From the NCBI GenBank assembly GCA_964649545.1, contig CAZYPY010000002.1, positions 7,050 to 71,049 of the forward strand: DNA of 64,000 nt. Direction: 5' to 3'. This document shows positions 39,082 through 47,288 of the stretch, piece by piece. The notes beneath the pieces were generated by a model that was not told the DNA's origin, did not search any database, and worked only from the letters and a program-made list of their open reading frames with translations. The position numbers were made by a program, and so were the translations under genes. Source of the DNA: an uncultured Microthrixaceae bacterium (GTDB lineage Bacteria > Actinomycetota > Acidimicrobiia > Acidimicrobiales > DATDAH01). How positions within the stretch are numbered: position 1 is the first letter of the stretch; every line of letters starts with the position of its first letter.

Positions 39082-41087
39082 GGGTGCGACAGGTCGTTCA
39101 GGTCGCCATTGAGCAGGGCGATGTCGGCATCGACCATCATCTCGACGAGCTCCCGGAAGCTGACCCGGGGCTCCCAGTCGAGCTGGCGCTTGGCCTTGCC
39201 GGGGTCACCGACGAGCAGGTCGACCTCGGCGGGGCGCATGAAGCGCTCGTCGATCACCACGTGGTCCTGGTAGTCGAGGCCGGCGTGCGAGAACGCGATC
39301 TCGCAGAACTCGCGCACCGAGTGGGTCTCCCCGGTGGCGACGACGTAGTCGTCGGGCTCGTCCTGCTGGAGCATCGCCCACATGGCCTCGACGTAGTCGC
39401 CGGCGAACCCCCAGTCCCGCTGGGCCTCGAGGTTGCCCAGGTGCAGCTCGGACTGCCGCCCGAGCTTGATCTGCGCCACCCCGTGGCTGATCTTGCGGGT
39501 CACGAACTCGAGCCCGCGGCGGGGGGAATTGTGCACCGTGACGAAGCCCACGCCGGCGGCGAAGCGCCCGGACTCGGTCGCGAGATCGCACATCCAGCCG
39601 CGGTACGGCTGGCGCTCGACCTTGCGGACCTCCTCCTGCGGCTTGCGCAGGTGCGCCCCCTTGTCGCCGACGGTCAGACCCGGGCTCAGGTTGATGAGGT
39701 AGCTGTCGCCGCCGCCGAGGGCCCCGCCCTGCCGGTAGACCGACACCCGGCGCCCGAGGGTCGTCCGGGCGAGCCACACGAGCCCGGCCGCCAAGACCGG
39801 CGACGTCGTGCGGAACGACTTGAAGGGATCGATGCCGTGACCGGCCTTCAGCCCGTCGCCGAGGTTGTAGCCGACGAGGAACGCCTCCTGGAGGTGCGGT
39901 GCAGCGTTGAGGATCCGCTTCGGGACGCGCTTGTGCCCGTCGGCGCAGTACAGCTCGTAGCGGAGGAGGCGGGCGTAGGCGGGGTTGCCCGAGAGGTACA
40001 GCTGCGGCACGTGGCGGTCCGAGAAGGCGGACGGCGAACCCTCCGACTTCCGAGCCTTGCCGGCGGTGACCCGCTCCCAACAGGCCGCGGCCTGGGCGAG
40101 CGTGGCGTCGTCGTTCCCGGTGATCTGCACCGCGCTGCGGTCCTTCGCGACGTGGCCATCGGCGACGAGGAGACCGAGCAGCCACGCCTCGTCCTCGGTG
40201 AGGACGGTGTTCAGGGTGCTCATCGGCTGGGCGGCCATGCGGAGCTGGTCCCCGGCCTCGAACTTCTGGGCTTCCTTCTCGTCGTCGGGGGTGAACACGA
40301 CGTGGTCCGGGGTGGTCTCGACGACCCCGGCGCGGCCGTGCACGGTGATCGAGTCGCCCTCGTACCAGTGGGCCGTGCGCGCGGTGCACCGGACGAAGTC
40401 GGTGCCGTCCCACACCTCGAGCTGTCCGTCGGGCACCGAGACGTAGCCACCGGGCTCGTCGTCCCTCGGGAAGGGGATGAGCGAGCCGATCGAGACGATG
40501 TCGATCAGCCCGTCTCGACGAATAACGACAGGTGATTCAGGAATCAAAGATTCGTGGTTAAACAGCATGCCGGATGACGCGTGGAGGCCGTAGGACTCGC
40601 GGTAGTTGATGGTGATCCAGTGGCCGTAGACCTTGGCCACGCCGTAGGGGCTGCGGGGGTAGAGCGGGGTGGTCTCGCGCTGGGGGACCTCGACCACCTT
40701 GCCGAACATCTCGCTCGAGCTGGCCTGGTAGAAGCGCACGTCGGGGTCGACGATGCGGATGGCGTCGAGCAGGCGGGTGACGCCCAGCGCTGTGGTCTCG
40801 CCGGTCAGCACCGGCTGGCTGAACGAGGTCTGCACGAACGACTGGGCGGCGAGGTTGTACACCTCGTCGGGCCGGTGCTCACGGAGCACCTCGATGAGCG
40901 ACGCCTCGTCGAGCAGGTCACCGGGGGCGAAGGTGATGCGGTCCTGGATGTGCGCGATGCGCTCGTAGTTCACGGTGCTGGTGCGCCGCACCATGCCGAT
41001 GACCTCGTAGTCCTTGGCCAACAGCAGCTCGGCCAGGTAGGAGCCGTCCTGGCCGGTGATGCCGGTGATGAGGGCGCGCTTCTTCAT
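39078..41087 (-). CDS. gmd: GDP-mannose 4,6-dehydratase precursor containing a 341-aa intein
   Basis: N-extein [21 protein letters not shown]...[10 protein letters not shown]...GMLFNHE. C-extein [13 protein letters not shown]...[13 protein letters not shown]. Together they total 328 aa and recreate NHESPRRG. Confidence 0.92.
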   Translation of the reverse strand: MKKRALITGITGQDGSYLAELLLAKDYEVIGMVRRTSTVNYERIAHIQDRITFAPGDLLDEASLIEVLREHRPDEVYNLAAQSFVQTSFSQPVLTGETTALGVTRLLDAIRIVDPDVRFYQASSSEMFGKVVEVPQRETTPLYPRSPYGVAKVYGHWITINYRESYGLHASSGMLFNHESLIPESPVVIRRDGLIDIVSIGSLIPFPRDDEPGGYVSVPDGQLEVWDGTDFVRCTARTAHWYEGDSITVHGRAGVVETTPDHVVFTPDDEKEAQKFEAGDQLRMAAQPMSTLNTVLTEDEAWLLGLLVADGHVAKDRSAVQITGNDDATLAQAAACWERVTAGKARKSEGSPSAFSDRHVPQLYLSGNPAYARLLRYELYCADGHKRVPKRILNAAPHLQEAFLVGYNLGDGLKAGHGIDPFKSFRTTSPVLAAGLVWLARTTLGRRVSVYRQGGALGGGDSYLINLSPGLTVGDKGAHLRKPQEEVRKVERQPYRGWMCDLATESGRFAAGVGFVTVHNSPRRGLEFVTRKISHGVAQIKLGRQSELHLGNLEAQRDWGFAGDYVEAMWAMLQQDEPDDYVVATGETHSVREFCEIAFSHAGLDYQDHVVIDERFMRPAEVDLLVGDPGKAKRQLDWEPRVSFRELVEMMVDADIALLNGDLNDLSHP
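39528..40550 (-). mobile_element. Class 1 intein with a LAGLIDADG homing-endonuclease domain, inserted in gmd
   Basis: Starts with Ser ([14 protein letters not shown]). Block B is TPDH. Dodecapeptide motifs [11 protein letters not shown] and [12 protein letters not shown]. Ends FVTVHN, followed by the +1 Ser of the C-extein. Coordinates were checked codon by codon. Confidence 0.88.
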
Positions 41088-41126
41088 GGCGCCGTTCTAG
41101 CCTGACGGGGTCCTGTCGTCTGCCAA

Positions 41127-41642
41127 GTGGGTTGGCACGTGGCCCCGCCGCCGCACCGCAACCGTCCCGAGCCGTCGGAGCCCCAGGAGCGCCTCGGCCG
41201 GCGCATCGCCGCCCACCGGGCCAAGCTCGGCTGGACCCAGCAGGAGCTGGCCGAGCGCCTGGCCGTGTCGCGGGTGGCGGTGTCGCACCTCGAGGCGTCG
41301 ATGTCGGTGCCGGGGGAGCGCACCGTGGCGCTGCTCGCCGGTGTGTTCGGGCTCGAGCCCCACGAGCTCGTCGCCGGCACCGACTACCCGGCGGCCAAGG
41401 CCGACCGACTGCCCCTGGTCGTGGCCCGCCACACCGAGCTGGAGCTGCAGCTCGCCCTCCTCGACCAGGAGCTGGGCTGGCTCGAGCACACCGGCGACGA
41501 CCATGCCTTGGAGGTGCTCGACCGCTGGCTCACCCGCCTGCGGGCGCTGCACACGGACGGCCTCGACACCCGTGAGCGCGCCGCGGCCGCCGAGGCGGTC
41601 GAGCGGGTCCGCGTGCTGCGCGACGAGCGCCTGACCGGCTGA
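41127..41642 (+). CDS. XRE-family helix-turn-helix transcriptional regulator
   Basis: LGRRIAAHRAKLGWTQQELAERLAVSRVAVSHLE is an HTH_3 pattern. Helical C-terminal domain. Confidence 0.75.
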   Translation: MGWHVAPPPHRNRPEPSEPQERLGRRIAAHRAKLGWTQQELAERLAVSRVAVSHLEASMSVPGERTVALLAGVFGLEPHELVAGTDYPAAKADRLPLVVARHTELELQLALLDQELGWLEHTGDDHALEVLDRWLTRLRALHTDGLDTRERAAAAEAVERVRVLRDERLTG

Positions 41643-41735
41643 ACGCCTCGCGCGCCGCTCGGGAAGCGGCGGGCCTCGCTCGGTCGTCGCCTCGGTCAGG
41701 CGCCGGTCGCTCCGTCCGGGGACGACCGGTCGGGC

Positions 41736-42650
41736 TCAGCCCGTCGTGGCGGGGGCGACCACGGTGCGCCAGTGGGCGAGCAGGTCGCCCAGGGTCTGGT
41801 GCAGCGGGATCTCGGGCGTCCAGCCCGTCGCGGTGCGCAGACGGGTGTTGTCACCCCGCAGCACCGGGATGTCGACCGGGCGCTGGAGGGCGGGGTCGGC
41901 CTCGAGGCGCATGGGCCGCTCGGCGAGCTGCACCAACTGCTCGGCGAGCTCGGCGACGGCCACGTCGTGGCCCGAGCAGACGTTGTAGACCTCGCCGGGC
42001 TCGCCGTGGAGCACGAGCAGGCGGTACGCCCGCACCACGTCGCGCACGTCGGTGAAGTCGCGCCGAGGGGTGAGGTTCCCGACCGGCACGACGTCGCCGC
42101 CCTCGGCCTCGTTGCGGGCGACCCGGTGGGCCAGGGCGGAGGCGACGAAGCGGTCGGTCTGGCCCGCGCCGAGGTGGTTGAACGCCCGCACCCGGAGCAC
42201 GCCGAGGCCCCGCCCGAGGAAGGCCTGGAGGGCGAGGAAGTCGGCCGAGACCTTGGAGGCGGCGTAGGGGCTCACGGGGCGGAGGGGCGCATCCTCGTCG
42301 AGCGGGAGCTCGGCCTGGGTCACCCGCCCGTACACGTCGGCGCTGCTCACCGCGAGCACGCGTGGTACCTCGACGGCCGCGCAGGCCTCGAGCACGTTGA
42401 GCGTCCCTTCCGCATTGGCCCGGAAGGTCTCGACCGGCGCCGACCAACTGCCGCCCACGTCGGCCTGCCCCGCCAGGTGGTAGACCGCCTCGGGGCGGAC
42501 TCGCTCGAGCAGGTCGTGCCAGGCGGTCGAGTCGAGCAGGTCGGGCCCGTCGTGGCGGTCGACACCCACGACCTCGTCGCCCTCGGCCTCGAGGTGCTCG
42601 CTCAGGTAGTGGCCCACGAAGCCGTGCGCGCCGGTGATGAGGGCCTTCAC
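41736..42650 (-). CDS. rmd: NAD-dependent SDR, GDP-4-keto-6-deoxy-D-mannose reductase (Rmd)-like
   Basis: KALITGAHGFVGHYL, SSADVYG, YAASKV. GTGA overlap with the upstream GT4 gene. The specific substrate is inferred from family resemblance and the nearby gmd. Confidence 0.65.
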   Translation of the reverse strand: MKALITGAHGFVGHYLSEHLEAEGDEVVGVDRHDGPDLLDSTAWHDLLERVRPEAVYHLAGQADVGGSWSAPVETFRANAEGTLNVLEACAAVEVPRVLAVSSADVYGRVTQAELPLDEDAPLRPVSPYAASKVSADFLALQAFLGRGLGVLRVRAFNHLGAGQTDRFVASALAHRVARNEAEGGDVVPVGNLTPRRDFTDVRDVVRAYRLLVLHGEPGEVYNVCSGHDVAVAELAEQLVQLAERPMRLEADPALQRPVDIPVLRGDNTRLRTATGWTPEIPLHQTLGDLLAHWRTVVAPATTG

Positions 42651-43768
42651 CGCGCCGAGTGTACGACTCGCCGGTAGAGGCCGATGAGCCGGTCGGTCGC
42701 GACGTCCCAGGAGAACCCCGCGGCCCGCTCGCGGCCGGCGGCGGCGAGGGCCTCGCGAGCAGCCTCGTCGCCGAGCAGCGCGGCGACGGCACCGGCCAGG
42801 GTCTCGGGGTCGCCCGGCGGGACGAGCCGCGCGGCCGCACCGAGCACCTCGGGCAGCGATCCCGCGGTCGAGGCGACGACCGGGACCCCGGCGCTCATGG
42901 CCTCGAGGGGCGGGAACCCGAACCCCTCGTAGACCGACGGGTAGGCGAACACGGTGGCGCCGTGCACGAGCGCGTCGCGGTCGGGGTCGTCGACCCACGC
43001 GAGGCGCACGATGCGGTCGCGGTGGCGGGCGGCGGCCACGGCGGCGGCGAAGGCGTCGACCCCCCAACCGTCCGGGCCGGCGACGACGAGGTGAACGTTC
43101 GGGTCGTCGTCGGCCACGAGGTCGAAGGCGGCCACGAGGGTGGGGAAGTCCTTGCGCGGTTCGATGGTCCCGAGGGCGAGGAGGTAGCGGTCGGCGCCGG
43201 CCAGGGCGCGGCCTCGAGCCGGGTCGGCGGGGGTGAGCGGCGTCAACCCGTCGTGGATAGCCACCACGCGCTCGGGGTCGACCTGGAAGTGGTCGCGGAT
43301 CTCGTCGGCGACGAAGTGCGACCCGGTGTGCACCCACGCCCCGCGGTCGATCGCCGCCTGGATGAGCGGGGGGAAGGCGAGCGTGTCGCGGGTGCACAGC
43401 TCGGGGAAGCGCACGGGTGTGAGGTCGTGGACGGACACGACCGCGGCGCCCCGGGTGGGCGGGACCACGTAGTTCGGGCCGTGGACGAGGTCGATGGGGC
43501 CGGTCCACCACTCGATCGGCGGGCCAGCGAAGCGTGACCACGCCTCGCGCAGGGGGCGAGCGGCCATGGGTCGACCCATCGCCGTGACGCCGGCCGGGAC
43601 CAGTCCGGCCAGGCGGCCCCGGCCTCGCCACGTCGCGGCGTACGCCCGCACGTCCAGGTCGGGGTGGGCGCCGAGCCGGGCGAGCACCTCGTAGGCGTAG
43701 ACGCCGACACCGGTCCGTGGGCCGAACAGCGGGGTGGCGTCGTAGGCGACGCGCAGTGCCGGAGGCAT
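42647..43768 (-). CDS. Glycosyltransferase family 4
   Basis: LRVAYDATPL...GTIEPRKD...AYPSVYEGFGFPPLEAMSAGVPVVAS. Confidence 0.8.
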   Translation of the reverse strand: MPPALRVAYDATPLFGPRTGVGVYAYEVLARLGAHPDLDVRAYAATWRGRGRLAGLVPAGVTAMGRPMAARPLREAWSRFAGPPIEWWTGPIDLVHGPNYVVPPTRGAAVVSVHDLTPVRFPELCTRDTLAFPPLIQAAIDRGAWVHTGSHFVADEIRDHFQVDPERVVAIHDGLTPLTPADPARGRALAGADRYLLALGTIEPRKDFPTLVAAFDLVADDDPNVHLVVAGPDGWGVDAFAAAVAAARHRDRIVRLAWVDDPDRDALVHGATVFAYPSVYEGFGFPPLEAMSAGVPVVASTAGSLPEVLGAAARLVPPGDPETLAGAVAALLGDEAAREALAAAGRERAAGFSWDVATDRLIGLYRRVVHSAR

Positions 43769-43798
43769 TCCGGCGGTGCTCGCGGGCCGGCCCGGCCG

Positions 43799-43990
43799 CT
43801 AGCGGCCGAAGACCTGCTGGCCCAGGCCCTCGAGGCGCGTCTGGAGCTCGCGTCGCTGCACCTGCGCCTTCTGGAAGGTCAGCACGCCGGCGCCCACGCC
43901 GAGGTACACGGCGTCCATGGCGACCTCGGCCAGGTCGGCCACGGCAGAACCGAGGCGGCGGTCGAACAGGTCGGTGACCGAGCCGGACAT
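43799..43990 (-). CDS. Small hypothetical protein (63 aa)
   Basis: MSGSVTDLFDRRLGSAVADLAEVAMDAVYLGVGAGVLTFQKAQVQRRELQTRLEGLGQQVFGR. Only this distal part of the 136-aa ORF has protein-like composition. Confidence 0.45.
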   Translation of the reverse strand: MSGSVTDLFDRRLGSAVADLAEVAMDAVYLGVGAGVLTFQKAQVQRRELQTRLEGLGQQVFGR

Positions 43991-44111
43991 GCTCACCAAG
44001 GTATCGATGGCGTGAAACAACAGCAAGCACTCGAGCGAGTGTCGGAGGTCACGGAGACGGGTGCCGGGGGTCACCGAAACGGGCCGCGCGCCCGGGTAGG
44101 TTGGCCCGATC

Positions 44112-47100
44112 GTGGAGACCCTTCCCGGAGACGCCGACGCGCCCGCAACGCTGCCCTCGGTCGTGGCCATCGTGGTCGCGCACGACCCCGGCGCCTGGTT
44201 CGAGGACACGATGGCGAGCCTCGCCGTGCAGGACTACGACCAGCTCGCCGTCCTGGTGATCGATGCCGCCAGCGAGGTGCCCGTACGGGACCGCGTGGCC
44301 TCCGTGTTCCCGAGCGCCCTGGTGCGCCGCCTCGAGCGCAACGCGGGCTACGGCGCCGCCACCAACCAGGCCGTGGCCATGGTCCAGGGCGCCCCGTTCC
44401 TCCTGCTCTGCCACGACGACGTCGAGCTCGCGCCCACGACCGTCCGGCTCCTGGTGGAGGAGGCCTACCGCTCCAACGCCGGGCTCGTCGGCCCCAAGCT
44501 CGTCCGCTGGGACGCGCCACGCGAGATCCTCCAGCTGGGGCTGGTCGTGGACAAGACCGGCTACGCCGGCTCCCGGGTCGAGCGCGGGGAGTTCGACCAG
44601 GAGCAGCACGACTCAGTCCGGGACGTGTTCGCGCTGCCGAGCGGTTGCCTGCTCGTCCGAGCTGACCTCTTCTCGGCCCTGGGTGGCTTCGACGAGGCCA
44701 TCGACTACCTCGGTGACGACGTCGACCTCTGCTGGCGCGCCCAGGTGGCCGGCGCCCGGGTTGTCGTGGCCCCCGAGGCCCGGGTCTGTCACCTCGAGGC
44801 CCTCGGCGACCGCCGCCACCTGGACGACCGGCGCCGCCTCCAGGCCCGCCACCGGCTGCGCTCGACCCTGGTCTGCTACCAGTCGTTCCACCGCTGGCGC
44901 GTCCTGCCCCAGGCCGCCCTGCTCGCGCTGGTCGAGATCCTCTATGCCCTGGTCGTCGGGCGGGGACGTCAGGCCCGCGACATCGCGGGCGCCTGGCTCT
45001 GGAACCTGCGCCGGTACGGATCCATCCGCCGGGCCCGCAAGCGCCTCAACCGGGTCCGCCAGGTGCCCGACGGCGACGTGCGCCCGCTCCAGGCGGGCGG
45101 CTTCGGGCGCATCAGCGCCCTCGCCAGAGGTCAGATCGGCCGCAGCGGCGACGACCGCCTGACCTCGGTGGGCAGCGCCGGCCGTGACCTCGCCCAGTTC
45201 TTCCGGGAGGGACCGAGCCGGGCCTCGGCCATCGTGTGGATCGCCGTCGTGGCGTTCCTGATCATCGGCAGTCGTCACCTCATCACCCGGGACGTGCCGG
45301 CCATCGGCCAGTTCGCGGCGTTCTCCGACTCGGCGACCGACCTCCTCCGCCAGTGGGCCAGCGGCTGGTCGGCGGCGGGGCTGGGCTCCCAGGCCCCGAA
45401 CCCCACCGGGTTCGGGGTGATCGGCGCGCTCGGCTATGCGTTCCTCGGTGCCATGGGGATCCTCCGCAAGGTCCTGATCCTCGGGTTGATCCCGGTCGGC
45501 GCAGTCGGGGCGTGGCGACTGCTCGCGCCGACCCGCTCTCGGCGCACCCGGCTCGTCACCCTCGTCGTCTACGTGGCCGTCCCCGTGGCCTACAACGCGA
45601 TCGCCCTCGGGCGTTGGGGCGGCCTGGTCCTCTATGCCGCGGCCCCCTGGTTCCTCGCCCGTCTCGCCCGTGCGTCGGCGCTGCCCCCCTTCGCACCGGT
45701 CGTGCCGGAGGCCGTGCCTGCCGGTGAGGAGCCTCCCCCCCCGACCGAGGGTGTGCCGCCCCGAACCCGGCGCCAGCACGTGCTGGCCCTCGGCGTCCTG
45801 CTCGCCCTCGTCACCTGCCTGGCCCCCTTGGCCGTGCCGGTCCTCTGGCTCATGGCCATCGGGCTCGTGCTCGGCGGGCTCCTCGGCGGCAGCCTGCACG
45901 GCGCCAGCCGGATCCTCGCCACCACCTTCGGGGCGACGGTCGTCGCCGGCGTGCTCCAGATCCCGTGGGCCCTCGACTTCCTGCCGCCCCGGTTCCAGTG
46001 GTCCGCCCTCGGCGCCGAGGCCACCTCGTCCACCGGTGGGCTCGATCTGCCGCAGCTGCTGCGGTTCGACAGCGGGCCGCTCGGGGCGGGGCCGGTGGGG
46101 TTCGCGTTCCTGGTCGTGGCCGGCCTGGCCCTGCTCATCGCACGAGACTGGCGGCTCGACTGGGCCATCCGAGGGTGGGCGGTCGCGCTCACCTGTTGGG
46201 GGGCGCTCTGGGCCGCCGAGGCCGGCTGGCTGCCCTTCGGGGCCACGTCACCCGAGCTCCTGCTCGCGCCGGCGGCCGCCGGCCTGGCCCTGGCCTCGGG
46301 GCTCGGCGCCACGGCGTTCGAGCGCGATCTCACCACCCGGTTCTCGTGGCGCCAGATCGCCTCGTTCGGCGCGCTCGTCGCCCTGAGCGTGGCCGTGCTG
46401 CCCGCGGTCGGTGCCATGTTCAACGGCCGGTGGGGCGCTCCGAGGGGAGACTTCGACTCCTCGCTGTCCTTCCTCGACGAGGAGGTCGCCGAGGCGCCGT
46501 TCCGAGTGCTCTGGATCGGCAACCCCGACGTCGTCCCCCTGTCGGGCTGGGAGCTCGACGATGGGGTGATCTACGCCACCACCGACGACGGCGAGCCCGA
46601 CGTCACCGACCTCTGGGCCGGCTCCTCCCATGGCGCGACCGCACTCGTCGGCGAGGCGCTGGACGCCGCCGGCTCGCGCCAGACCAACCGGCTCGGTCGC
46701 CTGCTGGCCCCGATGGGCGTCCAGTACGTCATCGTGGTGGAACAGCTCGCCCCCGAGCCCTTCAGCGACGAGACGCGACCCGTGCCGCCCCGCATCCTCA
46801 ACACCCTCGACGAGCAGCTCGACCTCGAGGCGCTCGAGGTCAACCCCGCCCTGCAGGTGTACCGCAACATCGCGTGGGCGCCCTCGCGCTCGTTCCTCGC
46901 CGACGCCGACGTCGGTGCGGGTGAGGGCTCGTCGCTGTCACTGGCCGCCGCCACCGACCTCTCGGGCTCCGAGGTCGCACTGCCCGACGAGATCCACTAC
47001 AACAAGTTCCAAGGCCCGGTGGAGGCCGGCGACGAGGTGTACCTGGCCAGCGCCAGCGCGTCCGGCTGGCAGCTTCGCTCCGGCGGCGAGACGGCCGAGC

Positions 47101-47288
47101 GCCGCGAGGCCTTCGGGTGGGCCAACGCCTTCGCCGCGACGGGCGACGGCGGCGCCACCCTGCGCTACCGCACGCCCGTCGCCCGGTACGGCCTGCTGGC
47201 GCTCCAGGCCCTGTTGTGGTTCGTCGTGCTGTTCGCCCTGTTCCGCGGCCAACTCGGTCCGCGCACCCGAAGGAAGGCCCGGCCGTGA
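44112..47288 (+). CDS. Large fusion protein: N-terminal GT2 glycosyltransferase, polytopic membrane domain and C-terminal extracytoplasmic domain
   Basis: VVAIVVAHDP...LERNAGYGAATNQ...LLCHDDVEL...GDDVDLCWR is the GT2 core. At least 10 hydrophobic helices follow between residues 350 and 800. Confidence 0.8.
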   Translation: METLPGDADAPATLPSVVAIVVAHDPGAWFEDTMASLAVQDYDQLAVLVIDAASEVPVRDRVASVFPSALVRRLERNAGYGAATNQAVAMVQGAPFLLLCHDDVELAPTTVRLLVEEAYRSNAGLVGPKLVRWDAPREILQLGLVVDKTGYAGSRVERGEFDQEQHDSVRDVFALPSGCLLVRADLFSALGGFDEAIDYLGDDVDLCWRAQVAGARVVVAPEARVCHLEALGDRRHLDDRRRLQARHRLRSTLVCYQSFHRWRVLPQAALLALVEILYALVVGRGRQARDIAGAWLWNLRRYGSIRRARKRLNRVRQVPDGDVRPLQAGGFGRISALARGQIGRSGDDRLTSVGSAGRDLAQFFREGPSRASAIVWIAVVAFLIIGSRHLITRDVPAIGQFAAFSDSATDLLRQWASGWSAAGLGSQAPNPTGFGVIGALGYAFLGAMGILRKVLILGLIPVGAVGAWRLLAPTRSRRTRLVTLVVYVAVPVAYNAIALGRWGGLVLYAAAPWFLARLARASALPPFAPVVPEAVPAGEEPPPPTEGVPPRTRRQHVLALGVLLALVTCLAPLAVPVLWLMAIGLVLGGLLGGSLHGASRILATTFGATVVAGVLQIPWALDFLPPRFQWSALGAEATSSTGGLDLPQLLRFDSGPLGAGPVGFAFLVVAGLALLIARDWRLDWAIRGWAVALTCWGALWAAEAGWLPFGATSPELLLAPAAAGLALASGLGATAFERDLTTRFSWRQIASFGALVALSVAVLPAVGAMFNGRWGAPRGDFDSSLSFLDEEVAEAPFRVLWIGNPDVVPLSGWELDDGVIYATTDDGEPDVTDLWAGSSHGATALVGEALDAAGSRQTNRLGRLLAPMGVQYVIVVEQLAPEPFSDETRPVPPRILNTLDEQLDLEALEVNPALQVYRNIAWAPSRSFLADADVGAGEGSSLSLAAATDLSGSEVALPDEIHYNKFQGPVEAGDEVYLASASASGWQLRSGGETAERREAFGWANAFAATGDGGATLRYRTPVARYGLLALQALLWFVVLFALFRGQLGPRTRRKARP

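Noticed and set aside
41736-44030. The 764-aa minus-strand ORF treated as one gene, and the full 136-aa ORF at 43799-44209.
   Set aside because: The first is resolved into an rmd-like SDR (41736-42650) plus, in another frame, a GT4 gene (42647-43768). In the second, only the distal 63 codons have protein-like composition.
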